A stretch of DNA of 64,000 nt from Erysipelotrichia bacterium (GTDB lineage Bacteria > Bacillota_I > Bacilli_A > Erysipelotrichales > Erysipelotrichaceae), in NCBI GenBank assembly GCA_012800355.1, contig JAAZJL010000031.1, positions 8,596 to 72,595 on the forward strand. Reading direction: 5' to 3'. This document shows, in pieces, positions 28,005-36,668 of the stretch (the stretch's first letter is position 1; each line of letters opens with the position of its first letter). The position numbers and the translations under genes were made by a program. Below the pieces are notes generated by a model. It was given only the letters and a program-made list of their open reading frames with translations, had not been told where the DNA came from and searched no databases.

Positions 28005-29462
28005 TTATAATATTTCTACTTTATCTAAATCAATTGTTGGAATTTCAAAATAGAAAGTTGAACCTTTATCTATTTTAGAAATAACTCCATATTTACAGTT
28101 ATATGTTTCTAAAATTGCTCTACAGATGGCTAATCCTAGGCCAGAACCACTTTTAGATCTTTGATAATGTTTATCAATTTTATAATATCTATCCCATATA
28201 TAAGGTAGTGATTCCTCATCAATTCCAGTACCGTGATCTGTTACTTCTACGCGGATATAGTCTTTATTTTTTAAATAACCCTTTAATATTATTTTTTTAT
28301 CTTCACCATAATGTTTTAAAGCATTATTGACAAAATTGTTTAAAACTTCTTGAATTTTATTGGCATCTCCCATAGCAATCAATTCAGGTTCACAATTTAA
28401 TTCTATTGTGACACCTTCTAATGCTGCTAGAGGTTCAAATCTATAATAACAATTATATAATTGCTCAGTTAAATCAAATGACTCAGAATCAACTGAAATT
28501 GCTCCTGCTTGAAGTTTAGATAAATTCAGCATATCACTAACTAAAGTATTTAAGCTATCGGTTTCATTAATGATGATATCTAAATGTTCTTCTCTTTTTT
28601 CCTTGTTGTCACCAGAGATATCTTTAATCATTTCAGCATATGCTTTAATCATTGTCAGCGGTGTTTTTAAGTCATGAGAAACATTGGCCATCAGCTCATT
28701 TCTATACTCTTCCACTTTAGATATTTCTTTCGCTGCTAAATCAATAGTATCAGCTAACTCTTGAACTTCATTGATGCCAGTATCTTCAAATTCTAACTCA
28801 TAATTTCCATAAGTAAGTTTATTGGCTTCCTCTTTAATTCTAATGATGGGTTGAGAAATTATTTTTGAGAAAAGAAGCGATATTAAAAGAGACAATGATA
28901 AGACAATTAATGAAATTAATATAAATTGATTTTGAATTGTTTTTTTGATTATATTGATAGATTGTAAGGTAATATTGCTAATAACATAGTATTCTTGATC
29001 ATTTACTAAAATTTTCTTTCCATATACCATTATTTCTTGATCAGACAATTCAATAAAATCACCTTGTAGGTATATTTCATCCTTGTCAGTATTTTCTAAA
29101 ACTTCAATAAATCTTTCATTGACAACGGAATTATTATAAATTGCACAGCCTGAATTACCTAATGCATCAAAACCACTAACGGTAGTTGAATTGGTACTAT
29201 CAAAAACAATTACACAAGCATTATTATTCATCGTTAATGAATATAATAAATAATTTTTCTCCTTCATTTCTGCTTCGCTGAAGAATATATCAGAAACATT
29301 GTTGGTAAATGTTTTAATTTCTCTTTTAAGCGTTCCAATATAAAAAGGTTCAAGTAAAATTAACTGGAAAAATTGCAACAACAAAAGAATACTTAACGCA
29401 AAAAGCACGAAGTATGTCCATGATTTAAATCCTAAAGAGTTTATAAACTTATTCTTTTTCAA
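28005..29462 (-). CDS. Sensor histidine kinase (two TM segments, extracytoplasmic loop, HAMP, HisKA, HATPase)
   Basis: 485 aa with H-box SHDLKTPLT, N box NNALKH and G boxes DHGTGI and GSGLGLAI. It overlaps the response regulator gene by 14 nt. Confidence 0.9.
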   Translation of the reverse strand: MKKNKFINSLGFKSWTYFVLFALSILLLLQFFQLILLEPFYIGTLKREIKTFTNNVSDIFFSEAEMKEKNYLLYSLTMNNNACVIVFDSTNSTTVSGFDALGNSGCAIYNNSVVNERFIEVLENTDKDEIYLQGDFIELSDQEIMVYGKKILVNDQEYYVISNITLQSINIIKKTIQNQFILISLIVLSLSLLISLLFSKIISQPIIRIKEEANKLTYGNYELEFEDTGINEVQELADTIDLAAKEISKVEEYRNELMANVSHDLKTPLTMIKAYAEMIKDISGDNKEKREEHLDIIINETDSLNTLVSDMLNLSKLQAGAISVDSESFDLTEQLYNCYYRFEPLAALEGVTIELNCEPELIAMGDANKIQEVLNNFVNNALKHYGEDKKIILKGYLKNKDYIRVEVTDHGTGIDEESLPYIWDRYYKIDKHYQRSKSGSGLGLAICRAILETYNCKYGVISKIDKGSTFYFEIPTIDLDKVEIL

Positions 29463-30114
29463 ACTTATAACCTACTCCTCTTACTGTTACAATTTTACTA
29501 CCATATTTACCAAGATTTTTTCTTAACATTTTGATATGAGTATCAACAGTCCTATCCATGCTTATATAATCATAGCCCCAAATATTTTCTAATAATTTTT
29601 CCCTAGTTATAGCTTTATTTTCATTTTCAATTAAATAAACCAGTAAATCGAACTCTTTATTGGTTAAATGTACAACTTCACCATCAACTTTTACAACATG
29701 AGCTAATTTATCAATATAAATTCCTTCAATATTAATTGTATCCTTGACGATGTTAGTACTTCTTTCGATAACAACTTTAATTCGAGCCATTAGTTCTTTT
29801 GGTGAAAATGGTTTTGATACATAATCATCAATACCTAATTCAAAACCATATAATTTATCGTCTTCAGCAACTCTAGCAGACAACATTATTATCGGGACAT
29901 TGCTGTTTTCCTTTATATGTTTGCAAGTTGAAAAACCATCTAAATGAGGCATCATCACATCTAAAATAACGCAATCAACTTTATTTTCTTTTATAATTTT
30001 TATTGCTTCTAAACCATCAGAAGCTTCTAATACTTCATAACCATATGAGTTACCATATTCTTTGATTACTTCTCTAATCATTATTTCATCATCAACTATT
30101 AATAAAGTAGCCAT
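29449..30114 (-). CDS. OmpR/PhoB-family response regulator
   Basis: 221 aa with receiver motifs (LIVDDE, ILDVMMP, SKPF) and a winged helix (TVRGVGYKF). The SD lies inside the last codons of dnaE. Confidence 0.92.
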   Translation of the reverse strand: MATLLIVDDEIMIREVIKEYGNSYGYEVLEASDGLEAIKIIKENKVDCVILDVMMPHLDGFSTCKHIKENSNVPIIMLSARVAEDDKLYGFELGIDDYVSKPFSPKELMARIKVVIERSTNIVKDTINIEGIYIDKLAHVVKVDGEVVHLTNKEFDLLVYLIENENKAITREKLLENIWGYDYISMDRTVDTHIKMLRKNLGKYGSKIVTVRGVGYKFEKE

Positions 30115-30118
30115 ATAA

Positions 30119-33100
30119 TCATCCTTTCAACACTAATAATTCTTTTACTAATACTGTATCTCTTCCAGGGTTCTTTTTTCCTTTAACAAGTACTATTATA
30201 CCTTTTTTTATAAATTCTTTATATAACAAATACTTATCAGGCATGAATACCAAATCAATTGTTCCATATTCATCATAACATGTCGCAAAACACATCAGCT
30301 CATTAGTTCTGGTAGTTTGAGGTCGATATTTCATAATAGCAACTATTAAAGACATATCACCATTTCTATTTTTAGCAACTACTGATGGAATAGTATTTTT
30401 GTAATCTAATCGATATTTTTCAATTGGATGAGAATCTAAAAATAAACCAAAATAAGTTTGCTGGTCTTCTAATATATCTGCAACATTATCACTGTAGTTA
30501 TTAATAAATGGTGGAGAAACTAATGATAAGTCAACTATTTTTTCTCCATTTTCTTCATAAGTACAAAGTTTAACATAATTAATTATGTCTTCTATTGCTG
30601 TTAACATACTTTTACGAGTTAGATTGAATTCATCTAAACATCCACTTCTAATTAAAATTTCAATGTTTTTTTCATTGATATTGATTAAATACATTCTACT
30701 TACAAAATCGATAAAACTTTGATATTTTCCTTTATATTCTCTATCATTTATAATCGTTTTGCTGGTGAGATTAGAAATGTTTTTGATTTGGTTAAATGGA
30801 AAAACAATAGTATTATCTATAACTATAAATTTATCACAAGATTCATTAATATTAGGTGAAATAACTTTTATTTTTTTCATTTTACACTCAATTAAATAAT
30901 TGATATTTTCGTTTGAACCAAGTTTTGAGTTTAATAATGCACAATAAAATTGTAATGGAAATTTAACTTTTAAATAAGCCATAATATAAGCTAGAAATCC
31001 ATAACCAATTGCATGTGATTTATTAAAGCCGTAATTAGCAAATTTATATATATTGTTGTAAATTTCTTCAGCTATTTCTCTTGAATAATTATTGTTAATG
31101 CATCCATCTATAAACTCAGTTTTCAAACTTACTAGCTTATCACTACTCTTTTTACTTACTGCACTTCTTAATAAATCTGCTTTGGTCATAGAAAAACCAG
31201 CGAGTTTAACCGCAATTTGCATAATTTGTTCTTGATAAATCATTATTCCATAAGTATTTGACAAAATTGGTTTTAAATCCTGATGCAAATATTCAATATT
31301 TTCTGGATTGTTTTTATTAAATATATATTGATCAATAAATTCCATTGGTCCAGGTCGATATAAAGCAATTACAGTAGCAAGTTGTTCAAAATTAGCTGGT
31401 TTAACTTTTTGTAAAGTATTTCGCATTCCTTTTGATTCTAACTGGAAAATACCACTACTATCACCATAAGAAAGCATTTTATATACTCTAACATCATCTA
31501 AATCGATTTTATAAACATCTAAATCTTTATTAATTGAACTTAATATTTCTTCAACAATTGATAAATTTTTTAATCCTAAAAAATCAAACTTTATAAGTCC
31601 CATACTTTCTAAATGTTCCATTGTATAACCAGCGATATTAGTATCACTTGTCATAACTAAAGGAATAACATCAGTAAGTTTATTTTCGCTTATAAGTATT
31701 CCAGAAGCATGCGTAGAGATGTTTTTTGGTAAATCATATAAAGTACATCCTATACTATAAAGTTTTTGTAAATGATTTGATGAATTTATAGCTATTTTAA
31801 ATCTATTATTGTTTTCATATTGTTGTATTAAAGTTAATTTATCATTTTTAATTGTTTGCAAAACTATATCTAAACTACTTTGAGGAATCATTAAAACTTT
31901 TCCTAAATCTCTTAGTAATGCTCTTGTTGTTAGACTACCAAAAGTGATTATATTTGAAACATTCATAATACCATATTTATTTTTTACATACTCAATAGCT
32001 TTATTTCTTTTATTATCAGGAAAATCCATGTCAATATCTGGCATTGTTATTCTTTCTGGATTTAAAAATCTTTCAAATAATAAATCATATTTTATAGGAT
32101 CAATGTGAGTAATGCCTAAACAGTAACATACTAAGCTTCCTACAGCACTTCCTCTTCCAGGTCCTACTAAAATATCATTTCTTTTACAAAATAGTATTAT
32201 GTCATAAACTATTAAAAAGTAATCTTCAAAGTTCATAGAACAAATTACATCTAATTCTGATAAAAGACGATCTAAATACTTTTGTGTTATTTTCTTTTCT
32301 AATCTTTTTTGTAAACCAGCCAAACATAATTGTTTTAAATATTCTTGATTGTTTATAGAATAATCATTTTTAAAAGTAGGTAATTTTGTTTTTAAATTAT
32401 CTAATTCCAAATTAATATTATTTACAAATAAATTAATGTTATTTAATGATTCACTATCAAACAATATACCCATTGCTTCAGAAGATTTTAGACTTGCATC
32501 AGTGACTAATGATAAATTTGTATCATTAATGTTTGTTGCTTTTTCTATGGCTTGTAAAGCTTTGTAAGCATCATAATCTTGTTCATTTTTATATAAAGCA
32601 ATATCTATAGCAATTGTTTTGACATTATAATTTTTACAGATAGGTAAAACAATTTCATTAATTTTACTGTTAATTGCTTTGTTTTTGGCCAGCGAAGATA
32701 TATATACATTTTTATAGTTAGATATTCTATTAATTAATGAATTTAATGTTCCAATATCGTTTTCATTTAATAAATAAGAAAAATAACTATCACTTTTGAA
32801 TATAATATTGCTATTTTCACTTAATTTTAGAACATCATCAAAACTTAATACTTTATTGTAAGAAATAATGTCGATTAAATTTACATATCCATCATTATTT
32901 TTAGGATAAATTAGAACATTAAATTGTTTTTCTTCAATGGTAAAAGGTATTTCACAGCCAATTATTGGTTTAATATTAAATTTTTTACATTGTTTAAAGA
33001 ATTCTTTAGCTGAAAACAGATTTCCATTTTCACAAATACCAATAGACTTTAAACCATTTTCCACAGCAAAATCTATCAGATCACTAATTCTGATAGTACT

Positions 33101-33145
33101 TTGTAACAATGAATAACAACTTCGATTGTAAAGTAAAATTGCCAT
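30119..33145 (-). CDS. dnaE: DNA polymerase III alpha subunit DnaE (second, PolC-partner polymerase)
   Basis: 1008 aa with a pol III alpha palm/fingers (PDIDMDF, GLIKFDFLGLKNL, FNKSHA) and a C-terminal OB fold. The N-terminal PHP motifs are degenerate. Confidence 0.95.
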   Translation of the reverse strand: MAILLYNRSCYSLLQSTIRISDLIDFAVENGLKSIGICENGNLFSAKEFFKQCKKFNIKPIIGCEIPFTIEEKQFNVLIYPKNNDGYVNLIDIISYNKVLSFDDVLKLSENSNIIFKSDSYFSYLLNENDIGTLNSLINRISNYKNVYISSLAKNKAINSKINEIVLPICKNYNVKTIAIDIALYKNEQDYDAYKALQAIEKATNINDTNLSLVTDASLKSSEAMGILFDSESLNNINLFVNNINLELDNLKTKLPTFKNDYSINNQEYLKQLCLAGLQKRLEKKITQKYLDRLLSELDVICSMNFEDYFLIVYDIILFCKRNDILVGPGRGSAVGSLVCYCLGITHIDPIKYDLLFERFLNPERITMPDIDMDFPDNKRNKAIEYVKNKYGIMNVSNIITFGSLTTRALLRDLGKVLMIPQSSLDIVLQTIKNDKLTLIQQYENNNRFKIAINSSNHLQKLYSIGCTLYDLPKNISTHASGILISENKLTDVIPLVMTSDTNIAGYTMEHLESMGLIKFDFLGLKNLSIVEEILSSINKDLDVYKIDLDDVRVYKMLSYGDSSGIFQLESKGMRNTLQKVKPANFEQLATVIALYRPGPMEFIDQYIFNKNNPENIEYLHQDLKPILSNTYGIMIYQEQIMQIAVKLAGFSMTKADLLRSAVSKKSSDKLVSLKTEFIDGCINNNYSREIAEEIYNNIYKFANYGFNKSHAIGYGFLAYIMAYLKVKFPLQFYCALLNSKLGSNENINYLIECKMKKIKVISPNINESCDKFIVIDNTIVFPFNQIKNISNLTSKTIINDREYKGKYQSFIDFVSRMYLININEKNIEILIRSGCLDEFNLTRKSMLTAIEDIINYVKLCTYEENGEKIVDLSLVSPPFINNYSDNVADILEDQQTYFGLFLDSHPIEKYRLDYKNTIPSVVAKNRNGDMSLIVAIMKYRPQTTRTNELMCFATCYDEYGTIDLVFMPDKYLLYKEFIKKGIIVLVKGKKNPGRDTVLVKELLVLKG

Positions 33146-33146
33146 T

Positions 33147-34088
33147 TTATTCCTTTGCTTTTATTAATAAATCAATTACCTCATCTATTTGTTCAATAGA
33201 TATTTTTGGAATTCCACAAGCAAGCTTGTGTCCACCACCACCAAATTTTTTAGCTATTTCAACTATAGGTACTTTATGGCTTCTTAAGGAAACAGAAAAT
33301 CCTTCTCTTTCATCTTCATAAAAGAAGAAAGCATATTTATCTATACCCTTTATACTATCTAAAACATATATAAAATCCTTAGCTTCGTGGGTAGATAGGC
33401 CTAACTTTTCTTTTATTTCTTTTGTCAAAACAATATATGCTACATCTTCTTTAAAAATAGCATTTATAGCTAAATAATGCTTTGCTTCAAATTTTTGTTT
33501 AGATATATCGTTTATATATCTATTTATTTCAACTAAATTAATTCCGACTTCTATCAAAATAGATAAAACTTTAAAAGTAGTAGAATTTACACTATTTATA
33601 GTGAAATTGCGTGTATCAGTATTCATTCCAGCATATAAATAGGAAGCAGCTTTCCTATTTATTTTCCATTTGTTTTTGATTGCTAAAAGAGCTACTAATT
33701 CTGAAGTACTAGATGCAGTTTCATCAACAAATACATAATCAGTATTTTTCTCACTTTCTAAATGGTGATCAATTTTAAGTGATTTTAATCCCTGTATGTA
33801 TGATTGATCGTCTGCTCTATCATGTGTAGATGTATCTAAAATTATCGTTAAACTATTTTTAATAATATCTAAAGATGGGTTATCCATTTCTTCTAAAAAT
33901 TCTGGATTATCCATATTTTCTAAACCATAAGTAAAAATACTTTTATCTGGATAATTTTCCAGCAATAAATGTTTCAATCCTAGTTGTGAACCACAAGCAT
34001 CGTAATCAGGACGAATATGTCGATACAATACAATTGAATTATATTTTTCAATAATTTCTTTTAAATTAATAAAATCCATTTCTACCAT
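33147..34088 (-). CDS. nrnA: DHH/DHHA1 phosphoesterase, NrnA-type nanoRNase / pAp phosphatase
   Basis: RHIRPDYDACGS, DHH (KIDHHLE) and GGGGH motifs. The ORF track starts at a TTG (34124), but homolog length favours ATG 34088 or 34079. It sits upstream of dnaE, as ytqI does in Bacillus. Confidence 0.85.
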   Translation of the reverse strand: MVEMDFINLKEIIEKYNSIVLYRHIRPDYDACGSQLGLKHLLLENYPDKSIFTYGLENMDNPEFLEEMDNPSLDIIKNSLTIILDTSTHDRADDQSYIQGLKSLKIDHHLESEKNTDYVFVDETASSTSELVALLAIKNKWKINRKAASYLYAGMNTDTRNFTINSVNSTTFKVLSILIEVGINLVEINRYINDISKQKFEAKHYLAINAIFKEDVAYIVLTKEIKEKLGLSTHEAKDFIYVLDSIKGIDKYAFFFYEDEREGFSVSLRSHKVPIVEIAKKFGGGGHKLACGIPKISIEQIDEVIDLLIKAKE

Positions 34089-34183
34089 TTCTATCTTTTT
34101 TAGATATAATTCCTTTCTATTCAACGTTTAATTTTTTATTATATTAATTATAAGATAAAACTCAAATAATATAAACTTTAAAT

Positions 34184-34205
34184 AAAAACCCTATTGATTA
34201 AGGGT
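34184..34205 (-). terminator. Weak candidate terminator after ackA
   Basis: On the minus strand, ACCCT-taatcaat-AGGGT is followed by TTTTTATTT. The stem is only 5-6 bp. Confidence 0.4.
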
Positions 34206-34219
34206 CTCTATTTTATTAA

Positions 34220-35410
34220 TTAAAGGTTAAGTAATCTTTTTGTATCTCTAGCAATCATTACTTCTTCATCTGTTGGTATTACCCAAACATCAATTTTTGA
34301 ATCATCAGCTGAAATCTTACATCTTTTACCTTTGGTAGTAGCATTTAGTTTTTCATCAAGTTTAACTCCTAAACTTTCCTTTAATAATTCACATATTTCA
34401 CTTCTTACTTTATCGTCATTTTCTCCTAATCCAGCAGTAAATACTAAAGCATCAAGACTGCCTAATTGAACAAAATAAGAACCAATATAATCAATAACTC
34501 TTAAAGCATACATTTTTCTAGCTAAAATAGCTCTTGGATTTCCTTCATCAACTGCTTTTTGAATATCTCTAGCATCACTTGAAACACCTGAAATACCTAA
34601 AAAACCTGATTTTTTATTACAAACTTCAATTATTTCTTCAGCAGATAAACCAGTTTTCTCCATTAAATATGGAATGATTGAAGGGTCAATATCACCACTT
34701 CTGCCACCCATCATAATTCCAGCTAAAGGTGTAAACCCCATTGAAGTATTGACACATTTTCCTTTTTTAATTGCACATAGTGAAGCGCCATTTCCTAAAT
34801 GTAATGAAATAATATTATGATTTTCATTGCCAACAATTTCAGCATAAGTTTGGGCAATATATTTATGAGAAGTTCCATGAAAACCATATCTTCTAACATG
34901 GTATTTTTCATAATATTCCAGTGGTAATGCATATAGGAAAGTTGCTTTATCCATTGTCAAATGGAAAGATGTATCATAAACAGCAACGTGTCTAACATTT
35001 GGTAAAGCTTTTGAGAAGGCTTCAATGCCAGTATAGTTAGCTGGCATATGTAATGGTCCTAAATCTTTCATATCTAAAATATCTTGTAAAACTTCACTTG
35101 TTACAATTGCACTATCGCCATATTTTTCACCACCATGTAAAACTCTATGACCACAAGCATCAATTTCATCTAATTTTTCAACAATTTTGTGTTCTACTAA
35201 AGCTTTTAATAATAATTCTACAGCTTGTTGATGATCTTTGATTGGTAAATAGGTACTAACTTTTTCTCCATTAACTCTGATAGTAAAAATACCCTCTTCT
35301 AATCCAATTCTTTCAACTACACCATCAGTTAAAACTTTTTCTTCTGGTAATTGGAAAAGTTTAAACTTTAATGATGAACTACCGGCATTAACCGCAAAAA
35401 TCTTACTCAT
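34220..35410 (-). CDS. ackA: Acetate kinase
   Basis: 396 aa with N-terminus IFAVNAGSSSLKF, HRVLHGG and GFHGTSH. Confidence 0.95.
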   Translation of the reverse strand: MSKIFAVNAGSSSLKFKLFQLPEEKVLTDGVVERIGLEEGIFTIRVNGEKVSTYLPIKDHQQAVELLLKALVEHKIVEKLDEIDACGHRVLHGGEKYGDSAIVTSEVLQDILDMKDLGPLHMPANYTGIEAFSKALPNVRHVAVYDTSFHLTMDKATFLYALPLEYYEKYHVRRYGFHGTSHKYIAQTYAEIVGNENHNIISLHLGNGASLCAIKKGKCVNTSMGFTPLAGIMMGGRSGDIDPSIIPYLMEKTGLSAEEIIEVCNKKSGFLGISGVSSDARDIQKAVDEGNPRAILARKMYALRVIDYIGSYFVQLGSLDALVFTAGLGENDDKVRSEICELLKESLGVKLDEKLNATTKGKRCKISADDSKIDVWVIPTDEEVMIARDTKRLLNL

Positions 35411-35412
35411 AA

Positions 35413-35730
35413 TTATTGATCCTCCATATTAATTAGTTTATTTACAATATCATCTACTTGACTATTTTCAAGTGATTTTAATTCTTCAAATAACTGCATT
35501 CTTTTTTTATAAGACAAACATAAACCCAATTTATCTTCATATTTTAATATTAGATTAACACTTTTTTTTAAAGCATCGTGAACAGCATTACGAGAAATAC
35601 CTAATAAATCTGCTATTTCTGTTATTGATAAATCATCAAAATAATAATACTGTAAAACTTCGTTTTGTCTAGAAGTTAATAGACTTTGATAAAATGGCAT
35701 AAGTTCATTAATATACTCAAACTTTTCCAT
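35413..35730 (-). CDS. ylxM: YlxM (UPF0122) putative SRP-associated helix-turn-helix protein
   Basis: 105 aa with FYQSLLTSRQ..YYYFDDLSITEIA..SRNAVHDALKK, matching Bacillus YlxM. Its ATG overlaps the ftsY stop (TAATG). Confidence 0.85.
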   Translation of the reverse strand: MEKFEYINELMPFYQSLLTSRQNEVLQYYYFDDLSITEIADLLGISRNAVHDALKKSVNLILKYEDKLGLCLSYKKRMQLFEELKSLENSQVDDIVNKLINMEDQ

Positions 35731-36668
35731 TAAAATTCTCCTTTAATTAAGGTGTTGACATAATTTTCAATATCAAATTCTGCTATAGCATCCATGCTTT
35801 CACCATAAGTTATAAACTTTACGGGTAAATTATATTTATCATTAATACTTAATACAATTCCACCTTTACTAGTACCATCCATTTTAGTTAAAACAACAGC
35901 GTTTACTTTACTTGATTCAATAAATACCTCTGCTTGTGATAGACCATTTTGTCCAGTTGTAGCATCTATTGTAAGCCAAATATCCAAATCATCAGTTTTT
36001 AATGTTCTTTTAGCAACTTTCACCATCTTTTCTAACTCTTTCATTAGATTAGTTTTATTTTGCAGTCTTCCTGCTGTATCAGCAATAATTATATCTACGG
36101 GATTTTCCAGATAATATTTGCATCCATCTACAATAACTGCTGCTGGATCTACACGTTCACCTCCTGTAATACAATGTATTCCAAGTTTTTCAGCCCATTT
36201 TTTAAGTTGTTCTACAGCTCCAGCTCTAAAAGTATCTGCTGCTATAAGTCCAACTTTTAGTCCTTGATTTAAATAAAATTTACTTATCTTACTGATTGAA
36301 GTTGTTTTGCCTGATCCATTTACTCCAACCATCATGATAAACTTGTTTTGATGTTGATTAATATCTAAGATGTTTTTATCTTTATAATTATCAATCATAA
36401 TCTCAATTAATAAATCAATTACATCATTAGCTTTTCTGATAAATCTTTCATTGACTAATATTTTAAGTTGATCAATCATTTTTTCTGATGCTTCTACTCC
36501 AACATCAGCCTCTATTAAAAGAACCAATAATTCTTCATATATATCATCATGATAATCGGTATAACCACCTAATAATTCAGTGATTTTAACTGCTAAAGAT
36601 TTATTTGTTTTATAACTATCTAAATATTTGGAAATATCAGATTTTTTCTTTTTCTTAAACAGGCTCAT
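35730..36668 (-). CDS. ftsY: Signal recognition particle receptor FtsY
   Basis: 312 aa NG domain with GVNGSGKTT, DTAGR and TKMDG. Confidence 0.95.
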   Translation of the reverse strand: MSLFKKKKKSDISKYLDSYKTNKSLAVKITELLGGYTDYHDDIYEELLVLLIEADVGVEASEKMIDQLKILVNERFIRKANDVIDLLIEIMIDNYKDKNILDINQHQNKFIMMVGVNGSGKTTSISKISKFYLNQGLKVGLIAADTFRAGAVEQLKKWAEKLGIHCITGGERVDPAAVIVDGCKYYLENPVDIIIADTAGRLQNKTNLMKELEKMVKVAKRTLKTDDLDIWLTIDATTGQNGLSQAEVFIESSKVNAVVLTKMDGTSKGGIVLSINDKYNLPVKFITYGESMDAIAEFDIENYVNTLIKGEF

